Notes under the pieces: generated by a model
The model's input: the letters and a program-made list of their open reading frames with translations, nothing else
What the model was told of the DNA's origin: nothing
Databases searched by the model: none
Assembly: GCA_963693365.1 (NCBI GenBank)
Contig: CAVNZM010000001.1
Location: forward strand, 15,424,418 to 15,488,417
Direction of reading: 5' to 3'
DNA length: 64,000 bases
Source of the DNA: Amoebidium appalachense
Taxonomy: Eukaryota > Protista > Ichthyosporea
Shown: positions 1 to 14,600 of the stretch, piece after piece
Layout: every line of letters begins with the position of its first letter
Position numbering within the stretch: the stretch's first letter is position 1
Position numbers and translations under genes: made by a program

Positions 1-1060
1 ATCGTCTTTTGGCGACTGCAAAACGCTACTACAGTACTTTTCAGAAGAAAAAAGTATTTAGTTACTTTATTTATATATTGATGTGACTTTATTCACGTTA
101 AGACTAAATGAGAATGGATTATTTACTTCAAAAACGAGGCAACGAATGCGCCTCCTCTGTGGCTTTGTTTTGGAGTGTTTCTGCGTCCCTCTAGAATGAT
201 CGTGAAGAAAGTGGCTTCGGGTATTATATACCCAGATCGCTATTTTTGTCAACCAATCAAATGTTCTTTTTGAGATAAAGGGTGCAAAATACTCATGAGT
301 CCAAAAAGAGACGATGTTCAGATGTATGTAATCGGGTACAGATGTCATAACTATTGACATGTGCGACTAAGATAGAAATAAGATAGGGATATGACACGTC
401 AAACAGTGAATAGCCTATATTTTAGCGGTTTATAGCTCTGAATATTCTCTAATACAGTCTTCAAACAGGCTGGTGGCTAGGCAAGTTTCAATTTGTTTGC
501 CTCGCTCCAATCACAAGCCCGCGCTTTGATTGTCCAGTAAACCAACCAATCATTTTGTTTCTCAATCAGAACGATTACGTAACTCCACCGTGCACATCGA
601 GATTTCGAGACGCAGTCACGAGACCCATCTGTTTCCCTTCCTCAACTGCTGCTTTCTACGCGTATGATGTACTTGCGTTTTTCGGTTTGCGCTAAGCATA
701 CTCCTAATTTTTGTTATGCTCAACGGATTATGGGGTCTATACTCTGTGTAAATACATACGTATTTGAGGCAGAGAGATTGCAAATTTAACCCAAATTCTG
801 CTGAGCCGTCGAATGCACAGCTTGGCAAATTTACTTGCAACTCGTATTCATCTGGACCCAGTGTGCTGACCCAGTGTCTGTATGTACTGGTTGTACCGTA
901 CTGTGTACAGTTTGTTTTCTCAGATAGTGTGCTGTGCCCCGTTATCACCCGTGACCTATTATTGCGTGTACGTGTGCCTCGAGCTCGCATGTCAGGTCAC
1001 CCAGGCGTTGATATATGCATAGAATACAGTGTGGGCGCCATGCCCAAAACCAACTCAGTG

Positions 1061-1234
1061 CTGGGACCCAATGTGTTGAATTATCTTGCATGTCCACCGG
1101 TTTGGAAGGAACGCCCAGCCTGTAATTTTGAAAGGGAAAAAAGCCTTGCAGTACATGTGCCCGGTCAAAAAATTATTTGACAACCATGGTGCACAACCTC
1201 CCCCCCCCCCCCCCCCCCCCCCCCCCTCAACCCT

Positions 1235-1266
<32 letters not shown>

Positions 1267-1374
1267 CCCCCGTCTAGCCCTCCCCTCCCCCCCGTCCCCC
1301 CCCCCCCCCCCCCCGGCCAAAAAAAGCCCAAAAACACCGTACACGCACGCGCGCACACACGCGCGCACACACGC

Positions 1375-1446
<72 letters not shown>

Positions 1447-1549
1447 TGACAGAAGTACACGCACGCACACACACTGTGGCAGAAGTACACACACGCACAC
1501 ACACGAGCACAGTCTGACAAACAAGATAATTCAACACATTGGGTCCCAG
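1061..1549. mobile_element. MITE-like element with perfect 28-bp terminal inverted repeats
   Basis: CTGGGACCCAATGTGTTGAATTATCTTG (1061-1088) is the exact reverse complement of 1522-1549. The interior is non-coding, with poly(C) and (CA)n. No clear target-site duplication (TSD). Confidence 0.7.
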
Positions 1550-1830
1550 GACTCATATATCGATAGTTATCTGTAGATTAATACGTTCCTCCAACCTATT
1601 CATTCTGCCATGTAGAAAGAGGAATTGTGTAGAAAATCTGAAAAATCACCGTTCACCTCTACACAGGTGAATGGGCATGTTTTACAGTAGTAACATGGTG
1701 GTGCATAGCGCACATGGGGTCGTGCCCAAAGGAGTACAGGCGAGGCAACCCATGTTAATAGATTTAGCAACGTAGTGGCCCTCCGGATCCTCCTCCCCTC
1801 GCCCCCCGTCCTCCCCCTCCCTCGTCTGCG

Positions 1831-1861
<31 letters not shown>

Positions 1862-2181
1862 ACCCCCAGCGGCCCCCCAGCCCTCCGGCTCTCTCTCTCT
1901 CTCTCTCTCTCTCTCCCCCCCCCCCCCCCCCCCCCCCTCCCCCTCTACACACACACACACACGCACACACGTGTACACTTCCTGCTTGAACTCTCTCCCT
2001 GCTATCTCCTCCACCCATTCCCGTCCGGCCGGCTCGGGCACCTGAATCTCCCCAGCCTCCTTAACTTTTCCGATGGGAACTTACCAATGCAACACTTTTC
2101 TGCCATATTCAGACGAATTTCAAGCACCGGAGTACGACCAGGTTTTCAAAAGATATTAGTAATGCATAATGCATTCCCCCC

Positions 2182-2212
<31 letters not shown>

Positions 2213-2459
2213 AAACAAAAACAAAAAAAAACATCAACAACACACACACACCGGCACACGCACACACGCGCGCGCACACACACTGTCAAGGAAACCGGAA
2301 AGAAAACGTGAACTCTTTCCCTGAGGGTATGTGTGGGGTTGTGCGTGTGTGTGAGGGGGGGGGGGAGGGGGAGGAGGGGGGAGGAATTCACCATTGCCAA
2401 CACAGCAGAGTAGCTCGCCAAGGGACATTTTTTTTTTTTTTTCTTTTTTTTTTGTGTTT

Positions 2460-2503
<44 letters not shown>

Positions 2504-2726
2504 GGGGGGGGGAGGGGGGGGGGGGGGGGGGGAGGGGGGGGGGGGGGGGGGGGGAGGGGGGGGGGGGGGTGGAGGCTGATAACTGTCTTCGGCTGGAAAT
2601 CTATGCTTGCATGACATATGTGCATGTGTCGTATGGTATGATAAGGATATGCCACCGAGGTGATGTGTCTGTGCATGTGTGTGCATGTCTTTTAAGTTTT
2701 CGTCTTTTTTTTTTTTTTTTTAGGCA

Positions 2727-2760
<34 letters not shown>

Positions 2761-2919
2761 TTATATGATATGTCCTCGGAATCGTGTGCACGTGTCTTCT
2801 ATGTGTGACGTATGAATTAGACATGCCATTGAGTTACTGTGCAATTACACCGTGTCTGTCACCATGTGCATGACTATTTATGTTTTCGTTTTTTTTTTTC
2901 CTTCTTTTTTTTTTTTTTT

Positions 2920-2969
<50 letters not shown>

Positions 2970-3103
2970 AGAATGAGCAAAACGGTCAGAAGCCCAACTA
3001 CATGAAGGGAAAGGTTGGAAACGCAGTGCAGGACACATGCAAAAGCAACCATTCAAGTACGCAACATGTGCAAAGCGTAGTGGTACACAAGGTCCCTTCT
3101 TCC

Positions 3104-3139
<36 letters not shown>

Positions 3140-3697
3140 GGGTGGGACACACGAGCAAAATGCAGTAAAAAGATGTTAAAAAAATTGATAGTCACACACA
3201 CACGAGTAAAAAGATGTTCAGAAAACAGATTTAACAGCTACGATCAATGAAAGCATTAAAAATGAAAAGGGAAGAGAGAGATATCAGTCGAGCAACAGCA
3301 CCTTTTCCAGACATAAGCGATGTTTATCTTATGGGGTCTACCAGGACCCATTTGAAATCATATGCTAAATTTTCTCATTTTTCTCCAAACAGCTCTCGAT
3401 ACTTCTCACTGCAAATCGCTTATTAACGCTCTGAGCGAAAAATCTACCGCGGCACACAGTGCACACACTTTTTATAAACCCTAAACAGCACCCTAGGTGC
3501 CACTCGGATCATTATTATGAACAACTATCAATTAATAACCTATCAACTAACAACTACCACTTTCTAACCTATCAACCACACTACATTTTCACACACACAC
3601 ACAATCACACTCACCCACCACCCTCTAAATCCACCATGAAAATAAATAAATAAATAAATAAATAAATTAAAAATTAAGAACCCGCCCACAATCACAT

Positions 3698-6600
3698 CTA
3701 CGCCTCCGTAGCTGCAGGCTCACTAACATCCTCAATATCGTCGTTCTTGGTGCGTCGGGACCTGCTCGCACGCGCCACGCGGCTCTGCACCGAAGTCAAC
3801 TGAGACCGCAACTGCTCCGCCAACTCTGTAGCTTCATTCACCTCGTTCTGAAGACGCTTGTTCTTCTGACGAAGAGACGAAACCTCGCTCTCCAACTCTT
3901 CGTTCTGACTGGTCAAATTGCGAATCTTGCTGTTAACGCGATCGAAGTTGGCCTTGTGTTCGGCGGCAGACTTCTCAGCGTCTTCGAGCATGCGCTGAGT
4001 GTCCTTCGCCTTACGATCGAGACGTTTGTTCTTGTTGGCCAGGTCCGTTCCCTTCTTGATCTCGTTGTCGAGTTCGGCGGTGAGGGTGGAAACCTTCTGC
4101 TCCAAGGGAACGAGCTTACTCTTGATCCGCTTTTCCGCGTCGGCGGTAGCGTTTTCGGCCTGTTCGCGCAGTTCGTTGCAGTGCCGTTCAAGTTGTTGCA
4201 CGCGGCTCTCGAGCTTGCTAACCGTCTCCTTCTCGAGGGCGGCTTCGTGGCGGGCGGACTCGAGCTCAAGGGCGGACTGTGGGGGTGAGGAGATAGGTTA
4301 GTGGGTGGGTGTAAAGGGTGGTGTGGTGGATGAAGGCGAGGGAAAGAGGGGAAGAAGGGGGAAAGGGGGACTGAGGAAGCGGGGAATAGGGAAGAGAGGA
4401 AAGGCCCGGGGAGGAAGGGGGGAATAGGGAAGAGAGGAAAGGGAGAGGGGGGTGGCTAGTGGTGGTGGTGCTTTGATGGGGGGGGGGGGGGAAGGGGTTA
4501 AGGGAAATTGTGGATGGTGATAGTGGGTTGTATGTAGTGTAGTGTGGGAGTTCGGGGTTGAGCAGGAAGGTAGAAGGGGATTCGTAGATTGGTGATTGGA
4601 CAATCCCTAGTGGGATGCAGCTAGATACAACATATGAAGGACAATACTTGTAGGGGATACCAATAAACACGACAGATCGAACACAATTTGCTCTTACTAC
4701 TGCTTCTGTTACTAACCATGGTGGAGATGGTGGTTATATGTGTGTGGTGAAGGGGGGGGGGGGGGGGGGGGAGGGGGGGGAAGACAGAGGGAATAAGCTT
4801 GAGGGAGGGAAAGGCACATGCACATTATACACACCTTGCGCTCGCGGTCGGTGATCATATCAAGCTCGCTCTGAATCTCCTCGTTCTCCTCGCGGAGCGT
4901 CGAGAGCTCCCCATCGAGTCTCCGCTTGGCCTCAGACAGCTGGCCCACCTGCGCCCTCAGCGCATCCAACTCACCCATCGCCTCGTCACGTGCCGCCTCA
5001 GCCGCCTTACGATTCCGTTCGCTCTTCTCCAACTCGGCGGAGAGGTTCGCGTTGTCGGACGCGAGGCGGTTCGCCTTCTTCTCCACGTCGCGGAAGTGAT
5101 TCTGCTGGTCGCTGAGCATCGCGCGTGCGTCGTCCGCGTCAGCTTGGTAGTCCTTTGCCAACTGTGCGGCTTTCTTGCTCTGCTTGATCGCCTCTTCCTT
5201 CTGCTTGTCAGCGTCGTCGAGTGAGCCCTGAATCTCGGCGAGGTCCGTCTCGAGTTTCTTGGCGCGGGCGACGGCTGCGGCCCTGGAACGTCTCTCCTCC
5301 TCTAGCTGCTCCTCCATGTCTCTGAGTTGACGCAGAACACCCCTGCGTGCGTCTTCGATTTTCTCCTCTCTCTCGAGATTGTCTCTCTCCATTTGCTGTT
5401 TGAGCGCCTGGATGGACACCTCTAGGCGGACCTTTGCGTCTTCGCAGCTCTGAAGTTCGTCTTCGAGTTCTTCCATCTCCGTTTTCTGCTCCTCGAGCAT
5501 GGTCTCGAGGGAACGCTTGGACTTCTCGAGGTTGGCGACGTACGAGGCGTCGCGGTCGCCACTGGATTTGAGCTCTTCGATCTCGGCCTGTGTGTTTGTG
5601 GGGAGAGAAGGAGGGGGGGGGGGGGGGGGGGGAGGGGAGGTTAGTTAACGTGTCGGCTTGTGTGTGTGTTTCTATGCATGTGATTGGGACTGGTATAGTG
5701 AGGTTGTCAGACTCGGCGAAAAAAGACCTAATATGGTTAACTAAGTGATTGCTTGTATATAGGAGTCGTTCAGAGTGTGTGTTTGGCTTTCGTGAGAGAG
5801 GGAACGCAGTAACAGTGACTGTGCGACATAGGTGGGGTTTCATCCTTTTCCCTTTCATCTTTTCTCTTTGTTATGTGGTGGTTGTGCTTGGCATGTGTGT
5901 ATGTAAGAGTGAGAGGAGATTTCGTTCTATTGTACTTGTTCGTTGGTGGGTGGATTGAGTGGTGTGTGTGCGTATGCAATGGTGGCAAAGGTTTCTTCCT
6001 TCGGTCTTCCTTTGATCTCTTGTTAATTCGTCATGTGGGTGGTTCGCAAGGGTTTGTGTGTGTGTGTGTGTGTGTCTGCACGCATGTGTGCAATTGAGTG
6101 TGTATAGGGGAGAGAGAGAATGCATAAATGCACAAACACGCACACACACCTTGAGGTTCTGGTTCTCCTTCTTCATCTGCGCAACCATCTCCATAAGCTC
6201 CTCGTTCTTGCTCTTGAGCCCATACACCTCCACACCCAACCTGCTCGCGTCCGCCTGCGCCGTGTTTCTCTCTGCCTCCGCAGCATCTACCATCGCCTTC
6301 TGCTCCAAAAGCATCGCCTCCGCCTTCTTGGCCTTTTTTTGTGCGTTCAGAACCTCGTTTCGTGCAGAGTTGAGTTCGTTTGTCATGTCTTCCATGTCGG
6401 CCTGAAGGCGGGCGTTGGTGGAAACGAGTTTGCTCTTGGCACCGTTGGCCTCGTTGAGTTGCTCCTGGAGCTCGGTGACGTCGCGCTGTATGTACGTGTG
6501 TGTGTGTGTATGTGTGTTGGGAAGGGATAGATAGGTAGAGGGGTGGGGGTTGGGTGTGTGTGTGTGTGTGTATGGGGGGGGGGGGGGGGGGGGGGGGGAA

Positions 6601-7030
6601 GAGAAGGTTAGATTGTGTCGGAGAACACAAAGTCCACAAAGTCCAAGTCCGGAATGCAGTGTAAAGACATGTGTGGGTTACACAACCTTGAGTTGGCAGA
6701 CAAACCCTTTCCCCCTCCCCCTCCCCCCTCCACACACCAAAAAAGGGAGGAAAGAAAAAGCCCCCCCCCCCCCCCCCCCCCCCCCACCCTCCCCTCCACA
6801 CACCAAAAAAGGGAGGGGGAAAAAAGGAAAGGAAAGAAAGGAAAAGTGTGAAAGAAAGAAAACGCACCTGCAGCTTCTTCTTGCTGTTCTCGACCTCCTC
6901 GACCATCCTCTTCTCACTGTCCCACTTGGCCTTAAGTTCGTCCACCTGCGCCTTAAGTGTCGACATGTTGCGGTCGGAGGCCTCCCTCTCGTTGTCTCGC
7001 TCAACAAGTTGCTCTCGCATCTCGTCGATC

Positions 7031-7070
<40 letters not shown>

Positions 7071-9278
7071 GGGGGGGGGGTGGAAGGGGAGGGGGAGGGA
7101 GGGCGGGGGGGTGGGGTGGGGGGGGGGGGGGGGAGGGGGTGGGGGTGGGGAAGGACAGACAGTCAGACTGGTCAGATTTTGCTGCACTGTGTAGGGCCAA
7201 CAAGATTCACAAAGAAAAAAAATGCAAGCATGGTTTGATACAACGATCACTTAAAAGGCATGTAAAAAAAAAGTTCATCATATTGTGGGTGGTCGGCATG
7301 GCATAGAGGCATCACCCATTCCACTATAAATCACCCATTCACACACCCACACACCCACACACCCCCACCTTCCCCCCCCCCCCCCCCCCCCCACACACAC
7401 ACATTCGCACACACACACACACACACACCTGCTGCTCGGTGTTCTTGAGCTTGCCCTGCAGAGCCAGCTTCTGCCTCGTCTCCTCCTCGTACATGCCCGT
7501 CATCTCCTCAATCTTGGTGGCCTGGGCCTTGCGCTCACGCTCAGAGACGGTGAATGCGGCATCCTTCTCGTCGTATTTCTTGCTGAGAGCATCGACCTCG
7601 GACTGAAGACGGGCACTGTGGTCCTTGGCCTGGAGGAGGGGGGAGGGGGGGTTAGTTGGATGTCGGTAGGAAAAACAAGAGAAAAAGAAAATAAGACGTG
7701 CTACAAAGGGAAATTGGGGAGAAGGAGGGCTACGGAGGCTTGGCAGAGACGTCACATCCCCTACCCTCCCCTCTCCTCCCCCCCTCCCCCCTCCCCCCCC
7801 CCCCCAAAAAAAAAAACAAACAAATAAACAAAAAACTGGCCCGGCTAAGGAAAGGAAAGGAAAAACAAGAGAAAGGAGGAGGAGGGGGGGGGGGGGGGGG
7901 GGGCAGAAGTAAGAGAGGAAGACAGGGATGCTAACTTCAGCAGATTTAGTGCATAGGTGGAAGGAAAGAGGTGCCCCAAATCGGCCAGGAGGGGGAGAGG
8001 GGGGGGGGGGGGGAGGGGGGGGGAGGGTAGTGGTAGTATTACGAACATGTCTCTTACCTCCTGCATCTTGCGTTCGGTCTCCTGCAGCTTGGACTGGGTC
8101 TCAGCCAACTGCTGCTCCAGCGCCTTCTTCTTCTTGTCCAGCTCGGCCCTCATCTTGCTCTCCCCCTCCAGCTTGCCGTGCGTCTGTTCGAGCTCGTCCT
8201 TGAGCTGGCCTGCCCTCTTCTCAAGGTCGGCCTTGGTCTTGGAAAGAGCATCCATCTCCCCCTCCTTGGCTTCGAGCTGCTGCGTGAACCGCTTCTTGAG
8301 CTCCGTCATGTCCCGCTCGGATGACTCGCTCAGGTCCTGAGGAAAGAAAAAGAAAAAGAAAAAAGTCAGTCAGTGGATATCTTTGCTAACCAGTATGGCT
8401 AGGCACATGCATCCCCCCCCCCCCCCCCCCCCCCCCCCCCCTTCTTTTCTTCATCTCGCCCTCTCTTCTCTCCTCCCTCCCCCCTCCCTCTCGTCCTTCA
8501 TTTCCTCATCTTTCTCGTTGTCCTCGACTTTATCCCTCTCCCCTTCCCTCCACCCCCCCCCCCCCCCCCCTCCCCCCCCTTCCCCTGCCTTTCCCTGGTG
8601 GGGGGGAGAATTGAACTCTCCCCGTGCACAAATTCCTGCACAAAACACGGATGCATATTGTAATCCTTCCCCCCCCCCCCCCCCCTCCCCCTCCCCTCTC
8701 CACCCCCCTCCCCACCGCCCACCCACCCATCCACCACACCCACCCACCCACCTGGTATTTCTTCTGCAGGTCCTTGAGCTCACTCTCCCTCTTAGCCCTC
8801 ATGTCAGCCTGTGCAGCGCCTGCCGAGGCCTTATCTTCCATAGCAGCCTCAAGGCTCTTGATGGTAGTGTCCAGGTCTGCTTTCTCCTTTTTGAGTTTGC
8901 TCACGGCAGACTGCTCGGACTCGAGCTCTTCCTTAAGAAGCTCCAGCTGGTTGCTGAGTTCGCGCTTCTCGCGCTCGGCGCGGATGCACTTCTGCTGCTC
9001 CTCCTCAAGAAGGTGCTGTGGGGGGAAGGGGGAGGGGGGCGGGGGGGAGGTGTGCGAGTAAGGGTAGGTGTACGGATACGTGTGTGTGTGTGTGTGCGTG
9101 TGTGTTTTTATTCCCCTTTCTTGGGGGGGGGGCGGCGGGAGGGGGGCGGGGGGGAGGAATAGGAAGGGAAGATGTAGCACTATTCACCTCCACGACCAAG
9201 TAGTTGGGGCCCACATGAATTGGGGTGGTAAGCACGACCGACACAAGGGTTCTTAGTGCACATGTATGTAAAAGGGAA

Positions 9279-9317
<39 letters not shown>

Positions 9318-9385
9318 GAATGCTGAACACATATGAAGCACAACTAATCGACTAGAAAGCAGGGGCGCCGGGGGCGCCCGGAGAA

Positions 9386-9427
<42 letters not shown>

Positions 9428-9882
9428 TACGCACAGCAGTATCAGCAAGCTCCTTCGTCTTCTTAGCCACCTCAGCCTCCAACTCAGCAACCCTCTTCTC
9501 CAACTGGTCAATCTTCTCACGTGCAGATGCTAGCTCGCTCTCCAACTTCCTCTTAGCGTTACCCAAATCAACGCGGTCTTTCTCGGAAACAAGGAGCTTC
9601 TGTTCCGTCTCTTCGAGGGTGGAGTCAGTCTTTGCTTTTGCCTTCTGCAGGGCTTTGAGCTTGTCCTCCACCCCGGCCAGGTTGGTCTGGGTGGTGGCTA
9701 GTTGGGCCTCGAGGTGGGACTTCTCCTTGCTGAGCTTCTGGTTGCTGTCCTTCTCGATGTCAAGCTCGCTCTGTATGGGTTGGGGAATGTGAGTATGGGT
9801 TGTAACAATGTTTAACAAATTGTGTACGATCGATGGGAAAGAATAACAAAAGGGATTGGGGGGAGAAGGGGGTGGGGGGATC

Positions 9883-9913
<31 letters not shown>

Positions 9914-10817
9914 GTGCATATGATGACAGTAGACAGTAAACAACAAACACCAAGAATAAATTTAAGGCACGATGTCGATGTAGATAGGAAAGGGAAAAGA
10001 AAAAAAAAGAAAAAAAAGAGAGGATGGAACACACAACACAGCACCCGAGTGCTCCCGAGTGAACTTTCCCTCACTAAAAAGAAAAGAAAGAAAGAAAAAG
10101 GAACAAGAAAAGAAAAACATCACACCTGTGTCGTCTTGAGCTTCTCCTCGAGGGTAGCCTTCTCCGATGCCAGCTTCTCAGCACGGTCCTTTGTGCTTGA
10201 CAGCTCCTCACAGAGCGCATCCTTCTCAGCCATAAGCTTCTTCTTGTCAGTCAGCAGACTGTCGCTTTTGGCTCCCTCTTCCTCGAGCTTATCCTCCATA
10301 TCCTGATGGTGTATGGGTGTGTGGGTTAGTGGAGGCTTGCGGAATGGGGAGAGAGAAGTGTGGAAGTAGGGAGGGGAGGGGGGGAGGGAAAGAAACGGAG
10401 AGGGGGAGTGAGAGAAGGAGGGAAGCAGGAGGGGAGGAGGGGGAGAGGGGGGTAAAAAGGGGGGAGGGCACGGAAAGGCAGGGTGATCATGAAGGCAAGA
10501 GAAAAACAAATATAGAGGGCGAAGTAATAGCTTCTCAGCAACGGATGGATAGGAATAGTGCAGGTAAGATACATAAAGTGAGTGCGTTTCAAAAAGACAG
10601 ATTGAGGTGGGCGATCGGATTAGTGGGTGGGTGGGTGGATTGTGGTAGGGAAGTATGGGGAAGGGGGAAAAGAGTGGGGGGGGGGGGGGGGGGAGAGGGG
10701 GGACAATTTTTACCTGGACGTCCTTCATGAGCTGCTGGACACGGGACTGCATGCGGTCAATAGTGTCGTTGCATGTGAAGAGCTCGTTCTGCTTCTTGTC
10801 AAGGTCGGCCTAGGTGT

Positions 10818-10850
<33 letters not shown>

Positions 10851-12177
10851 AAAGGTCAGTGGATCTAAAAAAGTCAACAAGTGTGGGCAAACGGGCAGGC
10901 AGCCGGGGTAGGGGTCGGATAGATGGGTGTGGCAGAAGCAAGGATCCAGCAAGCTTTGTTGATTCAACGAGACGAAATCATTCTAGGGGAAAAGGCTTGA
11001 AATGAAAAAAGCCTTGATAATGAGGAGGTGGAGAGAGGGGGGAGGGGGTAGGGGGGAGAGGGTGTGTGGAAGTTGAGTCGAGCACACACACACACACACA
11101 CACACACACCTTGAGCTGGTTCTTCTCCTGTGTGAGTGACTCGTAGTCCTTGACAAGGTCATCGTTCTTCTTGGTGCACTCCTCGAGCCTCTTCTTGCTA
11201 TCCTCGAGCTCCCTCTTGAGGTTATCCTCCTGGGTCACCTTGAGCAAGGGCTGAACGCGCACGAACAGTTTCCACCACGCCCACGAGCGAAGGAGAAGAT
11301 ATTTGCGACAGTTGCGCTGGATAACCTTAACGGCTACCTCGTGGTTGGTCATGCGTTTGTACGAGCGACGAGCGAGGTATCCCTGGCAGTGGGCCTGCAG
11401 GTTGCGGATAATCGACGACAACTTCTCGTCGCGCATCTCTTCAAGCTGGCCCAGAACACCGGTTCGGAAGAAGATCTTGCTCGACCCAACTCGGAAGTTG
11501 TCCGCAGGCATCTGAAGAACCTCGAGGATTTTCTCGCACGCCTTACGCCCGTCCATAAAACCGCGGGGAATGGCGCCGGGAGCGAGAATTTCGTATCGCT
11601 GCTTGAAATCCTGGAAGGGAATACGGTTGGGGAAACCCTTGCGGCAAATACGAATACCCTCAAGCACACCGTTGCACCGAAGCTGGTCCAGAACGAGGTG
11701 GGCGGTGATCTTCCCGGGTTTCTTCTCGTGGTTGGGGATAATGCAACGCACGAAATGAGGCGACGTTGAACGGAGCGTGTTCATTAGGCTGTTAAGCTGG
11801 TCGCGGTAAAGCTGGCCAACTGTGCGCATGGAACCGCCGCGACGGCCGCCGGAGCGCTCTCCCTCGGTTGCGAAATCGCGGAAGATGTACCTCATAAGGT
11901 CGTCCGTGGACTTTGCGAGGAGCTCGGTGATGTTGTCATTGAGAGGGTCTGTGTTCTTCACCAACCAGCCGTCGAGGGAATATTCGACAGGTGCGGCGTA
12001 GTGTTCGACCTGGAAACCAGGGGTGTCGCGCTTGATCTTGCCCCCGAGCTTGGCGAATTTGGGCGTCTTGCCGTCGTGCTGTTTTTCGAGCTTCTCGCAG
12101 TAGGACTGGTCGGAAGAGCCTGCATGGGTGGGTTGGTGGGTGGGGGCGGGGAGGGGGGGGAGGGGGGGAAGGGGGAA

Positions 12178-12222
<45 letters not shown>

Positions 12223-13710
12223 TTTGGGTAAGTGGGTGTGCATGTGTATGTCATGGGAGGTACCAACTCAAGTTTCGATGTAAGTATGACGGCCAGAGGA
12301 AGGACATTCTAGGTGATTGAAGATGGGGAGGGGGGGGGGGGGAGGGGGGGGGGGAGGAGAGGGGAAAGTTGTCGGCTTGCATAAATTGCATAAGGAGAGT
12401 TCTGGACCTTAGGTGTGCATGTCTCTATAGACATCCATTCCCGTGTGTGTGCAGGGCAGGCCATGTGCTGGAAGCTCGAATTCGAATCCAGGTCTCTTCA
12501 TTCATGTGTATGCGTGTATGTGAGAAGGTGTTTTTTTGGGGGAGGGAGGGGTTGGAGGGGGGGGGGGGGGGGGGGGGGATGGAGGAGGAGGGAGAGGAAT
12601 GGGGGGAGGGGGGGGGGGGGGGGGGGAAGGGGAGAGGAGGGAATGCTCAGGTGTTAAGTAAAGAGAAGAAGGATAAGAAAAGGTAAAAAGGTGAACGGGG
12701 ACAGCAAGAGGAGCAACACTTACGGGGCAGCAACAGACACTCCTCGTCCAGGAGAGACAGCAGACCCATGGGCTTCTCAATCAGGTCGATGCATGGCTGC
12801 AGGTCGAGGCCGAAATCGATAAATGTCCACTCGATCCCCTCCTTCTTGTACTCCTCCTGCTCCGTGACGAACATGTGGTTGTTGAAAAACTGTTGCAGCT
12901 TCTCGTTAGTGTAGTTGATGCACAGCTGCTCGAAGCTGTTCACCTTGAAGATCTCAAACCCGGCAATGTCCAGAATTCCAATGAACGTGTTGGAAGACCG
13001 GCGCGTATCGAGCGCTCTGTTCACCTTCTCGACGATCCAGAGGAAAAGACGCTCGTAGATCGCCTTGCAGATCGCCTTGACCGCGGCAACAACCTGGTCG
13101 GATCTCTGCGCCTTGGTGACGAAATCGCGCCCGACCTTCATCCTGGGCTTGAGCATAGCCTTGGAGAGATCAGAAAGCTGGATTCCGAACAGCTTGCACA
13201 CCATCGCTGCCTTGCTATCGTCAGGCATCGTCGCCTGATCAGAGCGATCATCGACGAATTTCATCTGGCCGGATTTCATGATGCCGCCCAACACGCGGAA
13301 GATGGCCTTCTGCTCGTTGGGGGTAATTCCGACCACCTCCATGGCCTTGAGCATGTCCCTGAACTCGCTCTGGTCGTTAATTGCATCCACTTTGCTGCAG
13401 TCCGGGTTGGTGATGTATGGCACCTCGGAGATGTCGTCGAGCATGTACTCGGCTGTTGAAAGAAAGGAGGAAGGGGGGACGGGAGGGAGGGGGGGGGGGG
13501 GGGGGAAGGGGAGAAGGGGGGAGGAGGAGGGGAGGAGGGGGTGAGGTGGGGATGGGGGATGGGGGGGGGGGGGGGAAGGGGGTTAGTTTATAGTGGTGCA
13601 AAGAGGAGGTTAAATGAAGAGAACGAAAGAACGTTGTGATGTACGTAGAAGAACATGCAAGAAAACCCAGGGGATGAAGGGTAGGGTGGGGTCTGTTGTG
13701 GTGTGTATGT

Positions 13711-13760
<50 letters not shown>

Positions 13761-14279
13761 GGTGTGGTGCACAATGAGAAGTCGAAAGACCTTGTAAAAA
13801 CATTGTGTAGTATGAGGTTTGACATGTAGACACGAGGAAGAGGGGACGAGGGAGCGAAATCGGGCAAGGACGGGCACGGGGGGGGGGGGGGGGGGGGGGT
13901 GGAGGCTTCTGCGCAGAGTGTGATTCGGTTTGGGGCAGGGGGTAAGGGATTTGGGTTAAAAAGCCAAGACTGGGGGGGGGGGGGGGGGGGGGGGTTGGTA
14001 GTATAGGGATAAGTAGTTTAAAAAACCAAAACAAGAAGGAAAGTGAAGACATACCCTTCTCCTCGGGAGATGCGGACTTAAGCAGCTGGTAGAAGATGTG
14101 GTAGTTGCGCTCGTTGGCACCTTGGGACACGGCACGAGACTTTTCCAGAAGGTAGGTCTCAATGTTACCACCAGAGATGTAGCCAGACCGGTCAAATTCA
14201 ATGCGGATGAACTTGCCCTGTGAAAGAAGAGACAGTGTGTGAGGGGTGGTGCTAAGGTCTTAAGATGTTACATTCTGCC

Positions 14280-14320
<41 letters not shown>

Positions 14321-14555
14321 GCATGTGGGTGGGTGGGAGGTCAGGAAGAGGGACGGTGGGGGATGAAGAACAAGGATAAACACGGACACGGAAGGTAGAA
14401 AAGAAGAAATTGAGACCAGAAAAGCCGAGCGCCGAGCGCCGGGGGCGAGGGAGGGGGGTTGGGAGCAAACGAGGTACTCAATCACGCAAAACCCCAAAAC
14501 CGATTGCAAGATACCCATAAAGAGTGTGCCATCAGTCACACAACCATTCATCCTC

Positions 14556-14600
<45 letters not shown>

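Noticed and set aside
67-360. ORF with DWLTKIAIWVYNTRSH, faintly like the end of a retroviral-type integrase core
   Set aside because: No DDE residues or other supporting motif is visible; the similarity is too short.
4277-11109. All ten myosin tail introns are phase 0, and two exons are exactly 112 codons
   Set aside because: Phase-0 bias is expected in Q/E/K-rich coiled coils; not unusual.
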